Shown here piece by piece: positions 27,371-32,000 of a DNA stretch of 32,000 nt. The notes beneath the pieces are model-generated. The model saw only the letters and a list, made by a program, of their open reading frames with translations. It had not been told where the DNA came from and made no database searches. Origin of the DNA: Flavobacteriaceae bacterium (GTDB lineage: Bacteria; Bacteroidota; Bacteroidia; Flavobacteriales; Flavobacteriaceae); NCBI GenBank assembly GCA_965224465.1, contig OZ245049.1:4050001-4082000 (forward strand), in the 5' to 3' direction. The translations under genes and the position numbers were made by a program. Position 1 is the stretch's first letter, and each line of letters starts with the position of its first letter.

Positions 27371-28723
27371 ATGATTAAGAAAATATACGATAATTTAAGT
27401 CCTAATTCTGATTTCGGGAAGAATGTACTTACCTTATTAACTGGTACGACGATAGCGCAAGCTATACCTATTGCTATTAGTCCGATATTGACAAGGCTAT
27501 ATACTCCTAGTGATTTTGGTTTATATGCCTTATATGTTAGTTTAGTTAGTATGAGTAGTGTTGTATCTACCGGTAGGTACGAGTTAGCTATTATGTTACC
27601 TCGTAGGGATAAAAATGCAGCTAATATTTTAGCCCTATCATTTTTACTCTCTTTGGTGTTTAGTTTTATACTGTTTCTAATAGTACTCTTATTCAACACC
27701 GAAATCACAAAGCTACTTGGGAATGAAGATATAGGTAATTGGTTATATCTATTACCTATGTCAGTTTTGTTTATGGGCTTGTTTAATACTTTGAATTATT
27801 GGTTTAACAGGAAATTAAAATATAAGGATTTATCAAAAGGGAGAGTCCTACAAAGTTTTACAATTGCGTCTGTTAACCTTAGTTTTGGTTTATTAAAGTT
27901 AGCATCTGGTTTAATAATTGCTAATGTTATAGGTTGTGGTATTGTTGTTCTAGTTTTTATTAGGAAGATAAAGAGTGAAATTATAGCTGATTTTAATTTT
28001 GATAAGTTGAAGTATTTAGCGAAACGATACTCTAAATTCCCTAAATTTGAAATGTTATCTGGATTTTCAAACATGGCCTCTGCTGAAATACCTGTTTTAT
28101 TACTAAGCTCTTTTTTTGGCGTTAATATCGTTGGATTTTACTCATTGGCAAGAAGAATTTTATCGCTCCCTACTGGTTTAATTGGTGGAGCAATAGGACA
28201 AGTGTTTTTACAGAAATCGGTAACATATAAAAATGATAAAGATAAATTAAGAGAATTAACTTTTAGTACCTTCAAGAAATTGTTATTTATAGGTATTCCG
28301 TGTCTTAGTGTAATAACAGTTTTTGGAGATTATTTGTTTTCTTTTGTTTTTGGTGCACAGTGGGAAATGGCAGGTGTTTATGCACAAGTATTATCCCTTT
28401 GGTTAGTATTTGTATTCTTAGGATCTCCTTTGTCTACGCTTTTAGTTACCTTGGAAAAGCAAAAAGAATCTTTGATTTTTAATTTATCAATATTCATTTT
28501 TAGATCTTTAGCATTATGTATAGGTGCTTTATTCTTTAATAGTCCTTTTATTGCAATAGTTCTATTTACAGTAATTGGTAGTTTGTTCTGGATTTCCTTT
28601 TTGTTTTATATCTTTTATTTAGTAGGAATAGGATATTTAAAAGCATTCTTATTATTATTTGGAACTATAATTTCAGTTAATTCTTGTTTGCTGATTATAA
28701 GGTTTTTAATTAATTTTTTATGA
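27371..28723 (+). CDS. wzx: Wzx-type oligosaccharide flippase (MOP/polysaccharide biosynthesis protein family)
   Basis: GKNVLTLLTGTTIAQAIPIAISPILTRLYTPSDFGLYALY is the typical Wzx N-terminus. About 12 hydrophobic segments over 450 aa. Located beside wzz and sugar-modification genes. Confidence 0.8.
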   Translation: MIKKIYDNLSPNSDFGKNVLTLLTGTTIAQAIPIAISPILTRLYTPSDFGLYALYVSLVSMSSVVSTGRYELAIMLPRRDKNAANILALSFLLSLVFSFILFLIVLLFNTEITKLLGNEDIGNWLYLLPMSVLFMGLFNTLNYWFNRKLKYKDLSKGRVLQSFTIASVNLSFGLLKLASGLIIANVIGCGIVVLVFIRKIKSEIIADFNFDKLKYLAKRYSKFPKFEMLSGFSNMASAEIPVLLLSSFFGVNIVGFYSLARRILSLPTGLIGGAIGQVFLQKSVTYKNDKDKLRELTFSTFKKLLFIGIPCLSVITVFGDYLFSFVFGAQWEMAGVYAQVLSLWLVFVFLGSPLSTLLVTLEKQKESLIFNLSIFIFRSLALCIGALFFNSPFIAIVLFTVIGSLFWISFLFYIFYLVGIGYLKAFLLLFGTIISVNSCLLIIRFLINFL

Positions 28724-30318
28724 TAAAAAACATTAAAATAGACTTAACCCGAAATGATGGATTTGTTTGGTTTAAATCAGAACAAATACAGTTTAAAGGT
28801 TATTTTTTTAAAGAAGATAAATTATATGATAGAACTAATATATTAGATTTATTTAAGGAAGGTAACAAGCATCTAATTTTTTCAGATATTATTAAAACTG
28901 CGAATGGTTCTTTTTCTTTAATCGTGTACTCAAACAATTACTTATATGTTGCTGTTGATAAACTTAGAAGTATACCTGTTTTTTATAATGTTGAAAATAA
29001 TCATATAAATATAACGGATTGCATATCTTCTGAAACTTCATTTATAGATAAACAATCTACTAAATATTTCGAGTTTTTATCTTGTGGATATACATTGGGT
29101 AGCAGTACATTAATAGATGGATTTAAACAAGTTGAAGCATCTAGTTATATACAAGTAGATGTCTCTAGTTTAGTAGTTGATAAACAATTCTATTACAATC
29201 ATAGTTCTAGTTCAAAGATTGAAGTATCTAGAGAAGAACATTATGATCGGTTAATGGATATCACGACCTCTTTTACTGAAAAGTTAATTGCCTCAGTTAA
29301 AGGTAAAACAATAGTCGTTCCCTTAAGTGGAGGCTATGATTCTAGATATATTGTTACTGCCCTCAGAGCAGCGGGATATGAGAATGTTATTTGTTATACT
29401 TATGGGCATAAAGATAGCTTTGAAATTGATATTGCTAAAAAAGTAGCAACTAAACTAAATTATAAGATTATTGTAATTGAATATACGAGTCAGAAATGGA
29501 TCGATTTATATGAATCTACAAATTTTAGAGAATATTTAAAGTATTCCTTTAATTTCTCTTCTAGTCCTCATTTTCAGGATTTTATAGCGATATCGGAGAT
29601 TTCTAAGAAGAAATTAATTCCTTGTGATTCAGTTATTGTTCCAGGGTTTTGTGGAGATTTACTTGGAGGAAGTTATTTGCCAATTGAGTTTTTAGAGAGG
29701 CGAGAAAAATCTTTGAGAAATAAAAACCTTGCAGATTATATTTATGAAAATCATTTTGTAAACTATAAAGGCAACATAGATACAATCCGTAAAAATAAAA
29801 TTGTATCTGATATTAATATAAGTTTACATGATTTATCTGAAACTGATTTATTGAATGATTTTGTTTCATCAAACGAAGACTGGTTTACAAAGCATAAAGT
29901 AGCAAAATTTATTGTGAATTCTTTAAGGGTTTATGAATACCATGGCTACCAATGGAGAATGCCTTTATGGGATGATAATTTAATAAATTATTGGTACCAG
30001 ATACCAAATAATTTGAGAATAAATAATGCTTTATTTAATGGTTTCTTATTTGATAGGTTATTTAAAGATCAGGATGTTTGTTATCTGAAATCGAAGGTTT
30101 TATCGCATAATAAATTCATGATTCTTCTAAGAAAATGCATACCAAAGAGTTTTAAGCTTAGGGTAAAATATTTATACTTTAAACTCTTTAATATTAATAA
30201 CTTTGATGTAAATAACACGCAACAATTAAGCAGTCTTTTAGGACAGAATTGTAAAGAAATTTTGAGGTATAAAAATATAAATGGATTAATGTCTTTTTGG
30301 ATCACAAATAATAACTAA
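28720..30318 (+). CDS. Asparagine-synthetase-like (AsnB-family) PP-loop adenylating enzyme lacking the N-terminal Cys nucleophile
   Basis: PP-loop motif VVPLSGGYDSRYIV. An AsnB-like N-terminal fold remnant is present (ANGSFSLIVYSNNYLYVAVDKLRSIPVFY), but the protein starts MIKNIK..., not MCG. The ATG overlaps the wzx stop (ATGA). Confidence 0.75.
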   Translation: MIKNIKIDLTRNDGFVWFKSEQIQFKGYFFKEDKLYDRTNILDLFKEGNKHLIFSDIIKTANGSFSLIVYSNNYLYVAVDKLRSIPVFYNVENNHINITDCISSETSFIDKQSTKYFEFLSCGYTLGSSTLIDGFKQVEASSYIQVDVSSLVVDKQFYYNHSSSSKIEVSREEHYDRLMDITTSFTEKLIASVKGKTIVVPLSGGYDSRYIVTALRAAGYENVICYTYGHKDSFEIDIAKKVATKLNYKIIVIEYTSQKWIDLYESTNFREYLKYSFNFSSSPHFQDFIAISEISKKKLIPCDSVIVPGFCGDLLGGSYLPIEFLERREKSLRNKNLADYIYENHFVNYKGNIDTIRKNKIVSDINISLHDLSETDLLNDFVSSNEDWFTKHKVAKFIVNSLRVYEYHGYQWRMPLWDDNLINYWYQIPNNLRINNALFNGFLFDRLFKDQDVCYLKSKVLSHNKFMILLRKCIPKSFKLRVKYLYFKLFNINNFDVNNTQQLSSLLGQNCKEILRYKNINGLMSFWITNNN

Positions 30319-30334
30319 ACTAGTTTACTTATAA

Positions 30335-31276
30335 ATGAATAAAAATAAATTTAAAATAGTTATTTTATCAATAAGATTTTCTAATACGTTAAGATCATTA
30401 TGTGATAATGATAAATTTGAGATTGTTGGTGTTGCAGAAGGGAAACCTCGAAAAAAAGAAGATATACCTTCTTTAGGTAAAACAATTAAGAGGTTTTTAC
30501 TGCCTAATAAAAATCAATTTAAAGAATATAGTGAGAAGAAAAATATACCATACCATTATTATAATTCAAATGTTGAATTTTCAAAATGGTTAGAAGGTAT
30601 AGACGCTGATATAATGATTGTTTATTCTTTATCGCAATTAATACCTGAAAGTGTTTTTGGCATACCCAAGTTTGGAACTATTAATTTGCATTTAGCTTTA
30701 TTACCAAAATATAGAGGTCCTAATTCTTGGTTTTGGTCTTATTTCAATACCGAAAAAACGAATGGCTTAACTGTTCATTATATTGATGCGGGTGAAGATA
30801 CAGGGAATATAATATGCCAATATGAATATCAAGTTAAATTGGGTATGACATCCCAAGAACAAGTTATTTATGTACAACCTTTTTGTATTAATTTATTAAC
30901 GGAAGCTATATTTAAAGTATGCAAATCCTTAGACAAAGGCATCGTTCAGAACTCAATAAGTTCTACAAAGCGTGCCCGTAATTTAAAAAGTACAGAACAT
31001 GCTTCTTTGATAGGTTGGGATACCTGGAATATTAAGAGAATATGGCATTTACTTAGAGGGACGGAGCTGTGGTTAAATGCAATACGTCAGCCAAGTGGTG
31101 TGTTTCATGGACACCGGTGGACTATTGGAGAATATCAACTTAGAGAACATAGTTTAAATATAGGAGAAGTTTATAAAGAAAAAAATCAATACTTTGTAGT
31201 TTGTAGTGACGGTGTTATTTTATTATACGTACATTTTAGTTTAATTATATTTATTAAACAATTTGTTAAATATTAA
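30335..31276 (+). CDS. Formyltransferase-family protein (probable sugar N-formyltransferase)
   Basis: The formyl-transfer catalytic signature is intact: INLHLALLPKYRG (Asn/His) and HYIDAGEDTGNII (Asp). About 200 aa N-terminal formyltransferase fold plus a ~100 aa C-terminal extension. Confidence 0.75.
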   Translation: MNKNKFKIVILSIRFSNTLRSLCDNDKFEIVGVAEGKPRKKEDIPSLGKTIKRFLLPNKNQFKEYSEKKNIPYHYYNSNVEFSKWLEGIDADIMIVYSLSQLIPESVFGIPKFGTINLHLALLPKYRGPNSWFWSYFNTEKTNGLTVHYIDAGEDTGNIICQYEYQVKLGMTSQEQVIYVQPFCINLLTEAIFKVCKSLDKGIVQNSISSTKRARNLKSTEHASLIGWDTWNIKRIWHLLRGTELWLNAIRQPSGVFHGHRWTIGEYQLREHSLNIGEVYKEKNQYFVVCSDGVILLYVHFSLIIFIKQFVKY

Positions 31277-31281
31277 TATTA

Positions 31282-32000
31282 GTGATTAGCTGTTATAGAG
31301 TTATAGATAAATCTAAGTTTAGAACTGTAAATGTAAATAGTTTTGATAAGTGTAGCTTCTTTTATCCTTTTTTAAGGCAAGGTATCTTTCAATTGATGAA
31401 AAACTATGAGTTCAAAACTGTAGCATTACCTTTTTATGTTGCGGAAGGTATTTATGATCCATTTTTAAAACTAGGTTTTAAAATTAAACATTACGACATT
31501 GATGCGAATGGTAATATTAATAAAGATATATTTAATGAGAAAATAGATGTTTTTGTTTATGTTCACCTTTTTGGTCTATATAACGAGATTAATATACAGT
31601 TAATATTGAGAAACAAGAATAAATATTCTTTCTTCATGGAAGATTTTGCTCATTCTGTTTATTCTAATAACTTGTCGTTGACTGGCGATGTATGTATATT
31701 TTCCTTTCCTAAGACCATTGGTGTAATTGATGGGGCTTGTATACTATTTAATAAGGTCCCAAATCCAATTGCTAGATATTCAAAATCGGATTTTAATACC
31801 AAACTTATAAATATAGATTTGTATTTTAAGTTACTTGTAATTAGTAATTTTTCAGGGAAGCTTATTTTTGTTCGAAAGGTCTTGTTATTTGCTTGGTCAA
31901 AATTAAAGTTCATGAATTATTATAGTAGATTAATGAATATCTATGCTACATCTTATCCTACTGTTAGTTTTTTTTCCAAATCTATCTTAGATCATACAAA
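31282..32000 (+). CDS. Partial ORF (3-prime end beyond the window), distant DegT/DnrJ/EryC1-like PLP-fold protein
   Basis: This ORF is absent from the supplied track because it has no stop. The frame is open from the TAA at 31267-31269 to nt 32000 (239 codons), with a possible GTG start at 31282 or ATG at 31396. The hand translation shows the DegT-like layout: ...KTVALPFYVAEGIYDPFLKLGFKIKHYDID...VFVYVHLFG...FMEDFAHS...GDVCIFSFPKTIG. Family assignment is weak. Confidence 0.45.
   Translation, partial: MISCYRVIDKSKFRTVNVNSFDKCSFFYPFLRQGIFQLMKNYEFKTVALPFYVAEGIYDPFLKLGFKIKHYDIDANGNINKDIFNEKIDVFVYVHLFGLYNEINIQLILRNKNKYSFFMEDFAHSVYSNNLSLTGDVCIFSFPKTIGVIDGACILFNKVPNPIARYSKSDFNTKLINIDLYFKLLVISNFSGKLIFVRKVLLFAWSKLKFMNYYSRLMNIYATSYPTVSFFSKSILDHT

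Noticed and set aside
27343-28074. Minus-strand hydrophobic ORFs (27343-27708, 27796-28074)
   Set aside because: They are antisense to wzx. Mirror-image hydrophobicity is expected opposite a TM-rich gene, and the + strand ORF has the canonical Wzx N-terminus.
31659-31913. 84-aa minus-strand ORF near the window end
   Set aside because: It lies inside a 239-codon open + strand frame that continues the operon 5 nt after the formyltransferase gene and shows a DegT-like layout. The minus ORF has no motifs.
1-32000. Mobile elements, integrases, tRNA or rRNA genes, toxin-antitoxin or defence-system genes
   Set aside because: No ORF in the track or in my reading of the gaps shows transposase, integrase, nuclease or ATPase defence signatures. 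No tRNA-like cloverleaf sequence was evident in the intergenic regions.

Overview
All real genes in this low-GC window are on the + strand. The gene content (SprB repeats, T9SS type B C-terminal domain, PorP/SprF, UpxY-like NusG paralog) points to a Bacteroidota, probably Flavobacteriia-like, chromosome. All calls rest on motifs and architecture read by eye; no database search was possible.

Block 1 (1-12294) is a type IX secretion (T9SS) cell-surface adhesin module. It holds the 3-prime end of a SprB-repeat protein with no recognisable sorting domain. Next comes a 2,927-codon gene whose central 6.5 kb is eight head-to-tail, near-identical 816-bp repeats encoding thrombospondin-type-3-like Asp-rich calcium-binding loops; it ends in a T9SS type B C-terminal domain. 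A PorP/SprF gene and a TolB-like/OmpA peptidoglycan-anchor gene follow, then a clear intrinsic terminator.

A 560-bp non-coding gap follows. It contains one copy of an 80-bp element that recurs as a direct repeat on the other side of rfbA.

Block 2 (12855-32000) is a Wzx-type surface polysaccharide (O-antigen or capsule) locus:
- rfbA, rfbC, rfbD, rfbB
- a WbpB/WlbA-like oxidoreductase
- a UpxY-like antiterminator
- three nucleotide-sugar 6-dehydrogenases (two TviB/WbpO-like paralogs plus ugd)
- a mannose-1-phosphate guanylyltransferase
- a long SLBB/Wza-like exporter, Wzz and Wzx
- an asparagine-synthetase-like enzyme that lacks the N-terminal Cys nucleophile
- a formyltransferase
- a partial DegT-like ORF running off the window

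I saw no tRNA or rRNA genes, CRISPR array, transposase or integrase.

The items most worth follow-up are the recombination-prone giant repeat gene with a dimorphic 36-nt cassette, its regular four-cysteine head modules, the CTD-less SprB protein coupled to it, the direct repeats bracketing rfbA, and the Cys-less AsnB-like / formyltransferase / DegT-like cluster in the very AT-rich distal part of the locus.
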